Below, piece by piece: positions 19,080 to 28,831 of a DNA stretch of 53,966 bases. Origin of the DNA: an uncultured virus (IMG/VR IMGVR_UViG_3300042466_000764) (lineage: Duplodnaviria > Heunggongvirae > Uroviricota > Caudoviricetes); the IMG/VR virus record IMGVR_UViG_3300042466_000764; one strand, 5' to 3'. The notes below the pieces were generated by a model. It did no database searches and was not told where the DNA came from. It saw nothing but the letters and a program-made list of their open reading frames with translations. The translations under genes were made by a program, and so were the position numbers. How positions within the stretch are numbered: position 1 is the stretch's first letter; each line of letters begins with the position of its first letter.

Positions 19080-20243
19080 GTGATTACTAGTACTGGCAAA
19101 AATATAATATTGAAGTACCTACTTGGTCAAGTTCCCTCATATGCTTCATATATCGCTGTTGGTTGCGGTGCAAGGCCTTTAGAGCCATACGTTAGCGGTA
19201 CAAAGCCAGACTATTCAAATAAGACAGAACTAGATTTTGAAATGTTTAGAGTACCAGTTTCTTCAAGGGGTATAGTAAATGAAGACGGTATATCAAAGAT
19301 TGTGCTTACTGCAGAATTACCAACAGAAGAAAGATATGAAATAACTGAGGTTGGAATATACTCTGCAGGCTTTAATCGATTATTGAACTCTAGCGATAGC
19401 AAATCTTTGCTATCCTTTACTCAATCAGAAAACTGGACTATTAATGGATCTAATACTTTAAACATTGTTGCAGAACCATTAGATGATCCATTGATTCTAA
19501 ACGTTGTTAAAGATTACTTTACTGTTAACGGATCATCTTTAGAGTTAGATATTTTTCAAACTAATGCAGATAATACTATTTTCTTAAATACATCTAGGTA
19601 TGAAAAGAATGAAAGATCAAGATTTTTAAACAACATGGTTTTAATGAGAGGAGACTCTTCAACATTTTCTGGATCAACAGGAACACTAGTTGGTGCTGGT
19701 AACTTTATTCAGTTATCTGGAACATCCGCAAACCTTTCAAAATATTCTACCTCTGATGAACTCAGACTTGCTTTTAGTGTTTTAAATAAAGATGGTAGTG
19801 ATGCAGACATCAATACATCAAAAATTGCTGCTCGAATTTTAGTAGAGTTTTCTGCATCTAATACTCCTGGTGCGTATGCAAGAATGGAAGCAAGAGTTGA
19901 TCATGTTAACGATGACTCTGCTTATGATTTTGATGTAAACAGATATTTTGTTGTAAATAAAGAACTTAAAGATCTAAACACAACTCAGGGTTTTCCTTGG
20001 AAATCTGTTGATACAATTAAAGTTTATGCTCAAGTTCTTACTGGTGCATCAACTGCTAATACTGTAGATGATTCTTACTATGTAGCACTAGATGCCCTGA
20101 GAGTTGAAAGCAAAAACAATATAAATCCAGCATATGGTTTAACAGGTTATACAGTTGTAAGAAATATAGATTCATTACCAATTGTAAAAAGTCCTAATAC
20201 TAGCAACTACATAGAGTTTAGGTTTGCTATGGATGTTGAATAA
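19080..20243 (+). CDS. Minor tail protein (tail-collar/baseplate-like)
   Basis: MITSTGKNIILKYL...IAVGCG...LDFEMFRVPV...ITEVGIYS resembles tail-collar-type N-termini; GTG start after GGAG. Confidence 0.65.
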   Translation: MITSTGKNIILKYLLGQVPSYASYIAVGCGARPLEPYVSGTKPDYSNKTELDFEMFRVPVSSRGIVNEDGISKIVLTAELPTEERYEITEVGIYSAGFNRLLNSSDSKSLLSFTQSENWTINGSNTLNIVAEPLDDPLILNVVKDYFTVNGSSLELDIFQTNADNTIFLNTSRYEKNERSRFLNNMVLMRGDSSTFSGSTGTLVGAGNFIQLSGTSANLSKYSTSDELRLAFSVLNKDGSDADINTSKIAARILVEFSASNTPGAYARMEARVDHVNDDSAYDFDVNRYFVVNKELKDLNTTQGFPWKSVDTIKVYAQVLTGASTANTVDDSYYVALDALRVESKNNINPAYGLTGYTVVRNIDSLPIVKSPNTSNYIEFRFAMDVE

Positions 20244-20785
20244 TGGTAGATCAAAATATAAAAAAAGTTAGAATATTAAAAAAAGATTTACCTAATTATA
20301 TAGGAAATAATGATGAACTATTTTATCAAATGAGATATAGAATTGTTTCTGAAGATAAGAATAGGTCTTCACATTGGTCACCAATACATAAACTAGAATC
20401 AACAAGTACGTTTGATGAAGTTGGTTTTGATATTGAAGATATTGCAGGAACAAGTATTCCTCATAATGTTTATATAGATGATTCAAACCATACGGCTGCA
20501 ATTACTTGGACAATGCCATCATTATTAATTACAAACCCAACTGATGAACAAAAGTTAACACAAGTTTATGAAGGATCACTTAAGAGTTTTGATGTTTATG
20601 TTCAATGGAAAACAAGTGGAAGTTATGGTAGTTGGATCTGGGTTGGTATTTCTAATGGTAAGTACGATATGAAATATCCATCTACAGGACCAACGCACAT
20701 GAAGTTTAGAGTACAAAAAGTTACACAAATTAAACAAGCCTTTGATGCTGCCACATATCTAATTAGTACTGAGCAAGCCCTTTAG
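20243..20785 (+). CDS. Minor tail protein (putative, beta-sandwich)
   Basis: YRIVSEDKNRSSHWSP motif; position in tail module. Confidence 0.5.
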   Translation: MVDQNIKKVRILKKDLPNYIGNNDELFYQMRYRIVSEDKNRSSHWSPIHKLESTSTFDEVGFDIEDIAGTSIPHNVYIDDSNHTAAITWTMPSLLITNPTDEQKLTQVYEGSLKSFDVYVQWKTSGSYGSWIWVGISNGKYDMKYPSTGPTHMKFRVQKVTQIKQAFDAATYLISTEQAL

Positions 20786-20794
20786 TGGTATAAT
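20786..20794 (+). promoter_or_regulatory. Extended -10 (TGGTATAAT)
   Basis: Directly after the stop codon, 9 nt before ATG 20804. Confidence 0.5.
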
Positions 20795-20803
20795 AGAATA
20801 ACT

Positions 20804-21244
20804 ATGGCTAGAATACCTCTCCCAAATCGTGGTCAACCACTTGATGTTGCTTATATGTATCAAATAGCAGATACTTTAAATACATTATCTACCCAAGTTT
20901 CACCATCACTTAATAAATATATGACAATAGATACTATTTCTTCTGGAAAACAAGATGTGAAATCATCTGAAATGAGAATGGTTGGTGGATATGTAGAGGT
21001 TGCAAATAATAGTACAGTTAGTGCTGGAAACGAACTTCCATTTTCTTTAAGTTATTCTGGATTTAAGTATGCCCCAATTGTTACTGCTACCCCAATAAAT
21101 ATTGATGGTACTTCTGCTGGATCTGACATTTCTGTAGTGTTAAAAAATGTTACAGTGTCAAAAGTGGATGGAGTTGTAAAGTTTAAAACAAGTGGCAATG
21201 TTTCTATTGGTATCAATATAATTGCACTTGGAATTCCTAATTAA
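20804..21244 (+). CDS. Minor tail protein (C-terminal beta-prism/H-type lectin-like)
   Basis: FSLSYSGFKYAPIVTATP...INIIALG pattern seen in tail-tip C-terminal domains. Confidence 0.5.
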   Translation: MARIPLPNRGQPLDVAYMYQIADTLNTLSTQVSPSLNKYMTIDTISSGKQDVKSSEMRMVGGYVEVANNSTVSAGNELPFSLSYSGFKYAPIVTATPINIDGTSAGSDISVVLKNVTVSKVDGVVKFKTSGNVSIGINIIALGIPN

Positions 21245-21435
21245 TGTTAGAATGTAAAAAATGTAAAGGAAGAATGTTTCTTGATAGACTTTATAGTTCT
21301 CGTCTTCATCTAGAATTATATTGCATGTCTTGTGGGACAAGAGAGTTTATGAACCCACCACAGAGCGTCATAGGAGGATCATGGCTGTTAGAAAAGGAAA
21401 TCTTGAGAGCGAAGCATACAATCTCGCCCCTGTAA
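21244..21435 (+). CDS. Small zinc-ribbon protein
   Basis: CKKC...CMSC in 63 aa; translationally coupled to the upstream gene (TAATG). Confidence 0.6.
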   Translation: MLECKKCKGRMFLDRLYSSRLHLELYCMSCGTREFMNPPQSVIGGSWLLEKEILRAKHTISPL

Positions 21436-21926
21436 TACCTGGCAATAAAAAGGTTTGGTTCTTAAACGGTGAGTTAGTAAGGATTCACCATTTTAATAAA
21501 TCCAACGGAATCATGTCTGTATATAATATTAATAAAGATAGAATTGAAAGTTGTTTAATTTCTGATTTTAAAAATAAAAGAGAACGTGCATATACAGTTA
21601 GAGAAACGGCTGAATTAGTAAATAGACATAAAAAATATATGCCTTCTTTAATGAGACGAGGGATTATACCATTCCCTACTGGATCACAAAAAGGCGGGGC
21701 ACGAGGATGGCAAGTAAGATCATATTATTCAGAATCACAAGTAAAAGACATACGTGATATACTTGCTTCGTACCATATAGGTAGACCAAGGAAAGATAAT
21801 TTAATTACAAATGATATTACTCCTAGTACGCAAGAGTTGACTAGAAGAATGGGTGATGGTATACTTAAATATACGAAGACAGAAGACGGTAGATTTATTC
21901 CAATTTGGAACGAATCGATTAACTAG
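21381..21926 (+). CDS. MerR-like HTH DNA-binding protein
   Basis: AYTVRETAELVNRH...RGIIP...RSYYSESQV; SD GGAGG before ATG 21381. Confidence 0.65.
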   Translation: MAVRKGNLESEAYNLAPVIPGNKKVWFLNGELVRIHHFNKSNGIMSVYNINKDRIESCLISDFKNKRERAYTVRETAELVNRHKKYMPSLMRRGIIPFPTGSQKGGARGWQVRSYYSESQVKDIRDILASYHIGRPRKDNLITNDITPSTQELTRRMGDGILKYTKTEDGRFIPIWNESIN

Positions 21927-21941
21927 CAATAAGGAGTGGGT

Positions 21942-22151
21942 ATGCAAGAAAACGATAATACCAAGGTTTCTATTACTCTTGGTTATACATTAAATCTAGG
22001 TAATTTTCAATCACTAAGATTAGATCTTGGTGTGGTAGATTCTAAGAAAGACGGAGAAACTACTAGCGAAGCATTTGAAAGAGTTTATGGTTTTGTTGAA
22101 AGTAAACTTACTGAAAAAATTAACGAAGCAAAAGCAGAAATAATCGATTAG
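21942..22151 (+). CDS. Conserved phage hypothetical protein
   Basis: LGYTLNLGNFQSLRLDLG motif; SD AAGGAG. Confidence 0.6.
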   Translation: MQENDNTKVSITLGYTLNLGNFQSLRLDLGVVDSKKDGETTSEAFERVYGFVESKLTEKINEAKAEIID

Positions 22152-22459
22152 TGGCTGAACGCAAAGACCGAATGGCTTTGCTAGGAACATACGCTAAACA
22201 CCATAAGGTTAAGTATGGGCAACAGCCATCAATAAATAAATGGACAGAGCAGTGGTCTGCTGATGCCCTTATAGAATCATACGGATTAGGTACATGCTAT
22301 GATTTACTTGAATATTATTTTAAGGTAGCACAAAGTCCTAGTTGGAATTATTTTTCATACAATGCTGAAAAAATTTGGAATGCTAAAATAGATAAAGAAA
22401 AAGATAACTTTGAAAGATTAGAAAGACGAAAAAAAGCAAAGGAGTGGCTAAGTGAATAA
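22151..22459 (+). CDS. Hypothetical protein (possible helicase-associated factor)
   Basis: 102-aa ORF coupled to dnaB. Confidence 0.55.
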   Translation: MAERKDRMALLGTYAKHHKVKYGQQPSINKWTEQWSADALIESYGLGTCYDLLEYYFKVAQSPSWNYFSYNAEKIWNAKIDKEKDNFERLERRKKAKEWLSE

Positions 22460-23678
22460 TGTTGAAGCAAAGGTAATTTCTGCAGTACTACAAGACAAAC
22501 AATTACATGTTCTGCTTCAAAACAATGTTGACAATCTGTTAAAAACCCATAATGATATTTGGAACTTTATTAGAATATACTTTGAACAAAACTCTACAGT
22601 TCCACCAGTATCCCTTGTCGTAGAAAAATTTAGAGACTTTAAGCCAGTAGAAAATGTAGGATCAACAAAACATCATTTAGAAGAACTACAAGTTGAATAT
22701 TTAAATGATAGCCTTAAAGATATATTAAGATCTGCCGCATCTAATGTTTCAGAAAACAAAGGTACAGAAGCATTAAATAATCTTATTACAAAAACCTCAG
22801 AATTAAAAAAGAACACTTCCGCCATCCGTGATATTGATGTCACTGACCTACAGTCTGCTATTGCATATTTTGAAAATCTTAAAAAACAACAAGAACTTGG
22901 TTTGGTAGGAATTACCACTGGGCTTCCAGGGTTTGATAACTACTTACCGTCAGGAATCATGCCAGGGCAACTGGGAGTGTTTCTTGCATACCCAGGTATA
23001 GGTAAGTCTTGGTTAGCCCTTTATTTTGCCGTACAGGCCTGGAAACAAGGCAAATCTCCACTGATCATATCTTTAGAAATGGGTGAAGCAGAAGTCAGAA
23101 ATCGTGTCTACACGATCATGGGAGAAGGACTTTGGTCACACAGAAAATTAAGCAAGGGTGAAATTGAACTTGACATGTTTAATAAGTGGCATGCAAATAA
23201 AATTTCAGGGAAACCAGAATTTCATATTATCTCAAATGACAATGGTGGAGAGATTAATCCATCAGTACTTCGTGGAAAGATAGATCAGTATAAACCAGAC
23301 TTTGTTATTGTTGATTATTTACAACTTATGAGTCCAAACCAAAGGTCTGACAACGAAACGGTACGAATGAAAAACCTTTCAAGAGAACTTAAACTTATGG
23401 CTATTGGTGAAGAGATTCCTATTATTGCAATATCTTCTGCAACTCCAGACGATGTAAACGATTTGAGCAGTGTCCCAACATTGGGTCAAACTGCATGGTC
23501 TAGACAGATTGCATATGATGCTGATTGGGTAATGGCACTTGGTCGTGCATCCAATAGTGACATTATCGAATGTGCTTTCAGAAAGAACAGAAATGGATTT
23601 ATGGGTGAGTTCCTTGTTCAGGTAGACTTTGATAAAGGGTATTACAGATACAAAGATTATGAAGATAAGCAGTTATAA
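22452..23678 (+). CDS. dnaB: DnaB-like replicative helicase
   Basis: Walker A AYPGIGKS, ISLEM, VIVDYLQLM, SRELKLMA, IAYDADWV, KNRNG. Confidence 0.93.
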   Translation: MNNVEAKVISAVLQDKQLHVLLQNNVDNLLKTHNDIWNFIRIYFEQNSTVPPVSLVVEKFRDFKPVENVGSTKHHLEELQVEYLNDSLKDILRSAASNVSENKGTEALNNLITKTSELKKNTSAIRDIDVTDLQSAIAYFENLKKQQELGLVGITTGLPGFDNYLPSGIMPGQLGVFLAYPGIGKSWLALYFAVQAWKQGKSPLIISLEMGEAEVRNRVYTIMGEGLWSHRKLSKGEIELDMFNKWHANKISGKPEFHIISNDNGGEINPSVLRGKIDQYKPDFVIVDYLQLMSPNQRSDNETVRMKNLSRELKLMAIGEEIPIIAISSATPDDVNDLSSVPTLGQTAWSRQIAYDADWVMALGRASNSDIIECAFRKNRNGFMGEFLVQVDFDKGYYRYKDYEDKQL

Positions 23679-23679
23679 T
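23671..23679 (+). promoter_or_regulatory. -10 element (TATAAT) overlapping dnaB stop; probable leaderless promoter
   Basis: TATAAT at 23674-23679, 5 nt before GTG 23685; no SD. Confidence 0.45.
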
Positions 23680-23684
23680 AGTAT

Positions 23685-24011
23685 GTGGACAATTATCATC
23701 ATAAACCTATCAAGAACTTTAACCTCAGTGGAACCATACACGATGATTCAGCCATTGAAAGGCTTAAATCTGAATATGTAAAACTGCTAGTATCAGAGAT
23801 GAGGCTATCTGGTTATGTGCCAAAATTTGACATAGAACCTGACTTTACGATAGACTATAATCTAAAGACAAAAAGTTTTGAGTTTGAAATAACAATATAC
23901 GGAATATATGTAGGAAAGAGAAAGAGTGAATGGATAGACGGAATAAGTCAGGCAACACCAATATATACACGAAAGAACAAATTGAAAGAGTCATTGAAGG
24001 ATCAGGTTTAA
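23685..24011 (+). CDS. Conserved hypothetical protein
   Basis: 108-aa ORF between helicase and primase. Confidence 0.6.
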   Translation: MDNYHHKPIKNFNLSGTIHDDSAIERLKSEYVKLLVSEMRLSGYVPKFDIEPDFTIDYNLKTKSFEFEITIYGIYVGKRKSEWIDGISQATPIYTRKNKLKESLKDQV

Positions 24012-24874
24012 ACATTGAGTCACAAGTAGGCTCTGAATTTATTGTATTTTGTCCGTTTCATAATAATCATAGAACTCCAGCAGGCGAAGTTAACATGAAC
24101 ACTGGAATGTTTTTTTGTTTCTCTTGTAATAAAATAGCAGATTTAATTGAGTTTGTAATGCATATTACAGGTAGAACATATTTTGAATCCGTGAGATTTA
24201 TTAAAGACAAAGAACAGAATATGGATATTGAAAAACAGATTAATAAAAAGTTATCTGTTAAACCAGATTTTGTTCAGTTTGACGAGTTAATAATTAAAAG
24301 ATTAAATAATCAGGCTTTAGAGTCTTCAAGGGCAATAGAATATTATGCTAAAAGAAAAGTAACTCAAGAATCAATAGTTAAGTTTAATTTGGGTTATTCT
24401 GAAAAACAAGATATGGTAACAATACCAGTTCACTCACCAGACGGAATGATGATAGGTTTTGTTGGAAGATCTATTGATGGAAAAGAATTTAAAAATACTC
24501 CAGGTATGCCAAAATCTAAAACATTATTTAATCTTAATAGAGTTAAGGCTGCTAATAAAGTTTATGTGGTAGAATCTTCTTTTGATGTTATAAGATTAGA
24601 TCAAGTTGGATTTCCAGCAGTTGCAACACTTGGGGCAACAATATCTAGTCAACAGGTAGAGTTGCTTAAAAAATATTTTAATGATATTATTGTTATTGCA
24701 GACAATGATGAAGCAGGAAATAACATGAAAGACAGGCTTATGGAAAAACTTGGCTCTCGTGTTGGTGTAATAAAGTTAGAAAAGCAGTACAAAGATATTG
24801 GCGACATGGATGACGAATCTATAAAGAAACTTGAATTTAGATTTGACAACTCTATAATCGCTATGCTAAAATAG
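23930..24874 (+). CDS. dnaG: DNA primase (CHC2 zinc finger + Toprim)
   Basis: CPFH...CFSC zinc finger; VVESSFD and IADNDEAG Toprim motifs; KDIGD. Confidence 0.92.
   Translation: MDRRNKSGNTNIYTKEQIERVIEGSGLNIESQVGSEFIVFCPFHNNHRTPAGEVNMNTGMFFCFSCNKIADLIEFVMHITGRTYFESVRFIKDKEQNMDIEKQINKKLSVKPDFVQFDELIIKRLNNQALESSRAIEYYAKRKVTQESIVKFNLGYSEKQDMVTIPVHSPDGMMIGFVGRSIDGKEFKNTPGMPKSKTLFNLNRVKAANKVYVVESSFDVIRLDQVGFPAVATLGATISSQQVELLKKYFNDIIVIADNDEAGNNMKDRLMEKLGSRVGVIKLEKQYKDIGDMDDESIKKLEFRFDNSIIAMLK
24843..24872 (+). promoter_or_regulatory. Sigma70/HrdB-type promoter (TTGACA-18-TAAAAT with TG extension)
   Basis: TTGACA 24843-24848 and TGCTAAAAT 24864-24872 upstream of the SSB gene. Confidence 0.6.
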
Positions 24875-24898
24875 AATAGAACAAACAAAGGAGAACGA

Positions 24899-25555
24899 AT
24901 GAGCGTAGTAAAGGGATTAAAAAATATCAACGCCCTGCTCGACAAACCAAAATATGAAGGTACAGGATCAAAAGTAAAGTGGTTAAAACTTGCAGATGGT
25001 CAATCAGCAAAAATCAGATTCATTGAAGAACTTGATGAAGATTCTGCTAACTATAATGAAAAACGTGGACTAGCACTAGTTGTTAGGGAACACGTAAATC
25101 CAAAAGACTACAAGCGTCGTGCTGTAGATACAATGGAAACAGAAGGCCGCGATTGGGCTGAAGAAATGCATCGTAAAGATCCAAAGGCTGGCTGGAGAGG
25201 CCGTCTTCGTTTCTACTGCAACGTTCTTGTAGACGATGGCATTGAAGCACCATATGTTGCAATTTGGTCTATGGGGCTAAGCAAGCAATCATCCTTTAAT
25301 ACAATTCGTGAATATGCTTTAGAAACAGGAAGCATTTCAAATATTACATGGAAGTTAAAGCGTAACGGTCAGGGAACTGAAACTAGTTACACTCTTATTC
25401 CATCTGCTCCAGATACAGAACCGTTTAATTGGGAAGGTATTGAACCTCATCCATTAGAATTGGCTCTTAAGAAAGTTCCTTATGCAGAACAAGAGGCTTT
25501 CTACTTGGGGTTTGATTCTCCATCTACTACTTCGTCAACAAACACTGACTGGTAA
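24899..25555 (+). CDS. Single-stranded DNA-binding protein (gp32-like)
   Basis: WLKLADGQSAKIRF and KRNGQGTETSYTL motifs; polar tail ending in W; located between primase and polymerase. Confidence 0.72.
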   Translation: MSVVKGLKNINALLDKPKYEGTGSKVKWLKLADGQSAKIRFIEELDEDSANYNEKRGLALVVREHVNPKDYKRRAVDTMETEGRDWAEEMHRKDPKAGWRGRLRFYCNVLVDDGIEAPYVAIWSMGLSKQSSFNTIREYALETGSISNITWKLKRNGQGTETSYTLIPSAPDTEPFNWEGIEPHPLELALKKVPYAEQEAFYLGFDSPSTTSSTNTDW

Positions 25556-25558
25556 TAG

Positions 25559-28500
25559 ATGAGTTATGTAGGCTTACACGTTCACACACACTATTCATTA
25601 TTTGATGGTGTTGCTACTCCAGAAGAATATATAGACCGTGCAGTTGATTTGGGTATGCAAGCAATTGCAATCACAGATCACGGAACCTTATCTGGGCATA
25701 GAGAACTGTATCGAGGTGCAAAAGCAAAGAACGTTAAGCCTATTCTTGGCGTAGAGGGCTATATGTGTCAAGATAGATTTGATACAAGAGACAAGTCTGA
25801 GAGAGACGGTCAACTTGATTTAGTCTATAACCATATAGTCCTTCTCGCTAAAAATAAGATTGGTTTAGAAAACTTAAATAAAATAAATGAAATTGCTTGG
25901 ACTGAAGGATATTTTAAAAAACCAAGATTTGATTTTGAAATATTAAAACAATATTCAGAAGGTATTATAGTTACATCTGCTTGTCCAAGTAGTGTGCTTG
26001 TTAAAGCCTTGGAAGAAAATGCATTTGCAGTAGCAAAAAAATACATTGAATGGTTTAAAGATACTTTTAAAGATGATTATTATATTGAAGTAATGCCACA
26101 TAATCCTGCTGAGATAAACAAACAACTTATTGCTCTTGCTGACGAATTTGGTGTAAAAGTAGTTGTTACCCCAGACTGTCACCATAGTTGCAAAGAACAA
26201 AGAGAAGTGCAAGAATTTAAACTGCTGTTAAACACACATGCTAAAGTAGAAAAAGATCATACATACGATAAGTCTAAAAAGCATAAAGATATGATGGAGC
26301 GTTTAGATTATCTGTACGGCAAGGATAGACAGATAACATTTAATAAATTTGACATACATTTGTTAAGTTACGAAGAAATTAAATCTGCCATGGAAAAGCA
26401 GGGTATATTCAGAGAAGACATATACTCTAATACTATAGAGATTGCCAATAAGGTAGAAGACTATGACTTACAAGAAGGCTTGGACTTATTACCAGTTCAA
26501 TATAGAAACCCAGATAAAGAATTAAAAGACATTGCAATGCAGGGTTTAAAAGATAAAGGTTTGTTAGAAGATCCTGTATATGTAGAAAGACTTAATGATG
26601 AGTTAAAGGTAATTAAAGATAAAAAGTTTGGTCCATATTTTCTAGTTGTGCAAAGCATGATTAACTGGGCTAAAAAAGAAGGAATCATGGTTGGTCCTGG
26701 TCGAGGATCTTCTGCTGGATCACTTTTATGCTATGCTTTAAATATTACAGATATTGATCCAATTAAACATGGTTTACTTTTCTTTAGATTTATTAATCCA
26801 GAACGTAATGATTTTCCAGATATTGATACAGATATTCAAGACTCACGTCGTGATGAGGTAAAAGATTATCTAGTTAGACAGTATAGACACGTTGCATCTA
26901 TTGCTACATTTTTACAATTTAAAGATAAAGGTGTTGTTAGAGACGTATCAAGAGTTTTAAATATTCCTTTGTCAGATGTTAACAAAGTTTTAAAGTTAGT
27001 GGACACATGGGAAGAATACTGTAGTTCAAGATCAACAGATTGGTTTAGAGAAAAATATCCAGAAGTACAAGTTTATGGAGAACAACTACGTGGAAGAATT
27101 CGTGGAACTGGTATTCATGCCGCAGGTGTTGTAACAAGTAAGAATCCTATTTTTAGATATGCACCACTAGAAACAAGGTCATCACCTGGAAGCGATGAAA
27201 GAATTCCAGTAGTTGGTATTGATATGGAAGAAGCCGAAAGAATTGGTTTAATTAAAATAGATGCACTTGGTTTGAAAACTTTAAGTGTTATTAAAGATGC
27301 TATAAGTATGATTAAAGAAAATCACTATGTAGATATAGATCCATTAAAAATTAATATGGAAGATCCTAAAGTTTATGAAATGCTTTCTGATGGATATACA
27401 AAAGGTGTGTTTCAATGTGAAGCAACACCATACACAAACTTATTGGTTAAGATGGGTGTTAAAAATCTAAATGAACTTGCTGCATCTAACGCACTAGTTA
27501 GACCAGGTGCAATGAATACTATTGGTAAAGATTATTTGGCTCGTAAGCATGGTAAACAAAATGTATCTTATGTGCATCAAGTAATGAAAGAATTTACATC
27601 TGATACTTATGGATGTGTTTTGTATCAGGAACAAGTTATGCAGGCTTGCGTGCACCTTGGTGGCATGACAATGGCCGATGCAGATAAGGTTAGAAAGATT
27701 ATTGGTAAAAAGAAAGATGCGAGGGAGTTTGATGTTTTTAAAGAAAAGTTTGTTGAGGGTGCTTCTAAGTATGTTGCTCCCAACGTTGCTCGTGATCTTT
27801 GGCATGACTTTGAGGCACATGCGGGATATTCGTTCAACAAGTCTCATGCAGTTGCTTACTCTACGCTCTCGTATTGGACAGCGTGGTTAAAGTATTATTA
27901 TCCACTTGAGTTTATGTTTGCTTTGCTTAAAAATGAAAGCAATAAGGATACTCGTACTGAATATTTAATTGAAGCAAAAAGAATGGGTATTCCAGTTAAG
28001 TTACCACATATTAATGACTCTGATATAGATTTTAAAATTGAAGGTAAAGGAATTAGGTTTGGTCTTTCTGCTATTAAGTATATATCTGACAATATTGCTA
28101 AAAAGTATATTGATGCCAGACCATTTAATTCATATAAAGAGTTAGAAGAGTTTACTTTTACTAAAGGTAATGGTGTAAACAGTAGAGCACTTAATGCACT
28201 GAAACTTATTGGTGCTGCTACATTTTCTGATAACCCTAGAAACGATGAAGACATTCGTCAAAACTTATATGAAGTTTTAAACTTACCAGAATTTAATGTT
28301 AGTCTTCCCGCACATTATCATGCCTTTATAAAAGAAATAGAAGATTATGATGAAAAGGGTTCATTTGTTATTATGGGCATGGTAAAAAGTATTAAAAGAA
28401 GTAAGGGTTGGTCTAGAGTTGAAGTGTTAGATAAAACTGGTAGTGTTGGAATATTTGATGAAGAACAAACAACTATTGAAACTGGACAAACATATTTGAT

Positions 28501-28831
28501 TCTTGTTAATGATAATAGAATTCTTTCTGCAATACCAGTTGATCAAATTAAAGGATCATCAAGTGCCTTGGTTAAGTTTTTAAACTATAAGCAATTACCG
28601 TTTACAAATGAAGAGATGTATGTGGTATCATTTAAACCTAGAATAACAAAAGCAGGCAAAAAAATGGCATCACTAACTTTGGCAGATACATCAAGAGACC
28701 TACATTCAGTTATGGTATTTCCAACATCATTTGCACAGGCTTATATGAAATTAGAAGAGGGACATGCTTATAAATTTACTTTGGGCAAAACAAAAGACGG
28801 AACCGTAATCTTGGAGGATATCAATGGTTAG
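25559..28831 (+). CDS. dnaE: DNA polymerase III alpha subunit (family C)
   Basis: PHP domain LHVHTHYSLFDG, AITDHG; GPGRGSSAGS; FPDIDTD; GIHAAG; KIDALGL; YSFNKSHAVAY. Confidence 0.97.
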   Translation: MSYVGLHVHTHYSLFDGVATPEEYIDRAVDLGMQAIAITDHGTLSGHRELYRGAKAKNVKPILGVEGYMCQDRFDTRDKSERDGQLDLVYNHIVLLAKNKIGLENLNKINEIAWTEGYFKKPRFDFEILKQYSEGIIVTSACPSSVLVKALEENAFAVAKKYIEWFKDTFKDDYYIEVMPHNPAEINKQLIALADEFGVKVVVTPDCHHSCKEQREVQEFKLLLNTHAKVEKDHTYDKSKKHKDMMERLDYLYGKDRQITFNKFDIHLLSYEEIKSAMEKQGIFREDIYSNTIEIANKVEDYDLQEGLDLLPVQYRNPDKELKDIAMQGLKDKGLLEDPVYVERLNDELKVIKDKKFGPYFLVVQSMINWAKKEGIMVGPGRGSSAGSLLCYALNITDIDPIKHGLLFFRFINPERNDFPDIDTDIQDSRRDEVKDYLVRQYRHVASIATFLQFKDKGVVRDVSRVLNIPLSDVNKVLKLVDTWEEYCSSRSTDWFREKYPEVQVYGEQLRGRIRGTGIHAAGVVTSKNPIFRYAPLETRSSPGSDERIPVVGIDMEEAERIGLIKIDALGLKTLSVIKDAISMIKENHYVDIDPLKINMEDPKVYEMLSDGYTKGVFQCEATPYTNLLVKMGVKNLNELAASNALVRPGAMNTIGKDYLARKHGKQNVSYVHQVMKEFTSDTYGCVLYQEQVMQACVHLGGMTMADADKVRKIIGKKKDAREFDVFKEKFVEGASKYVAPNVARDLWHDFEAHAGYSFNKSHAVAYSTLSYWTAWLKYYYPLEFMFALLKNESNKDTRTEYLIEAKRMGIPVKLPHINDSDIDFKIEGKGIRFGLSAIKYISDNIAKKYIDARPFNSYKELEEFTFTKGNGVNSRALNALKLIGAATFSDNPRNDEDIRQNLYEVLNLPEFNVSLPAHYHAFIKEIEDYDEKGSFVIMGMVKSIKRSKGWSRVEVLDKTGSVGIFDEEQTTIETGQTYLILVNDNRILSAIPVDQIKGSSSALVKFLNYKQLPFTNEEMYVVSFKPRITKAGKKMASLTLADTSRDLHSVMVFPTSFAQAYMKLEEGHAYKFTLGKTKDGTVILEDING

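Noticed and set aside
25559..28831. Intein or intron in DnaE (also checked DnaB, RecA, TerL)
   Set aside because: Lengths are normal, motifs are contiguous, and no intein splice-junction or LAGLIDADG motifs were seen
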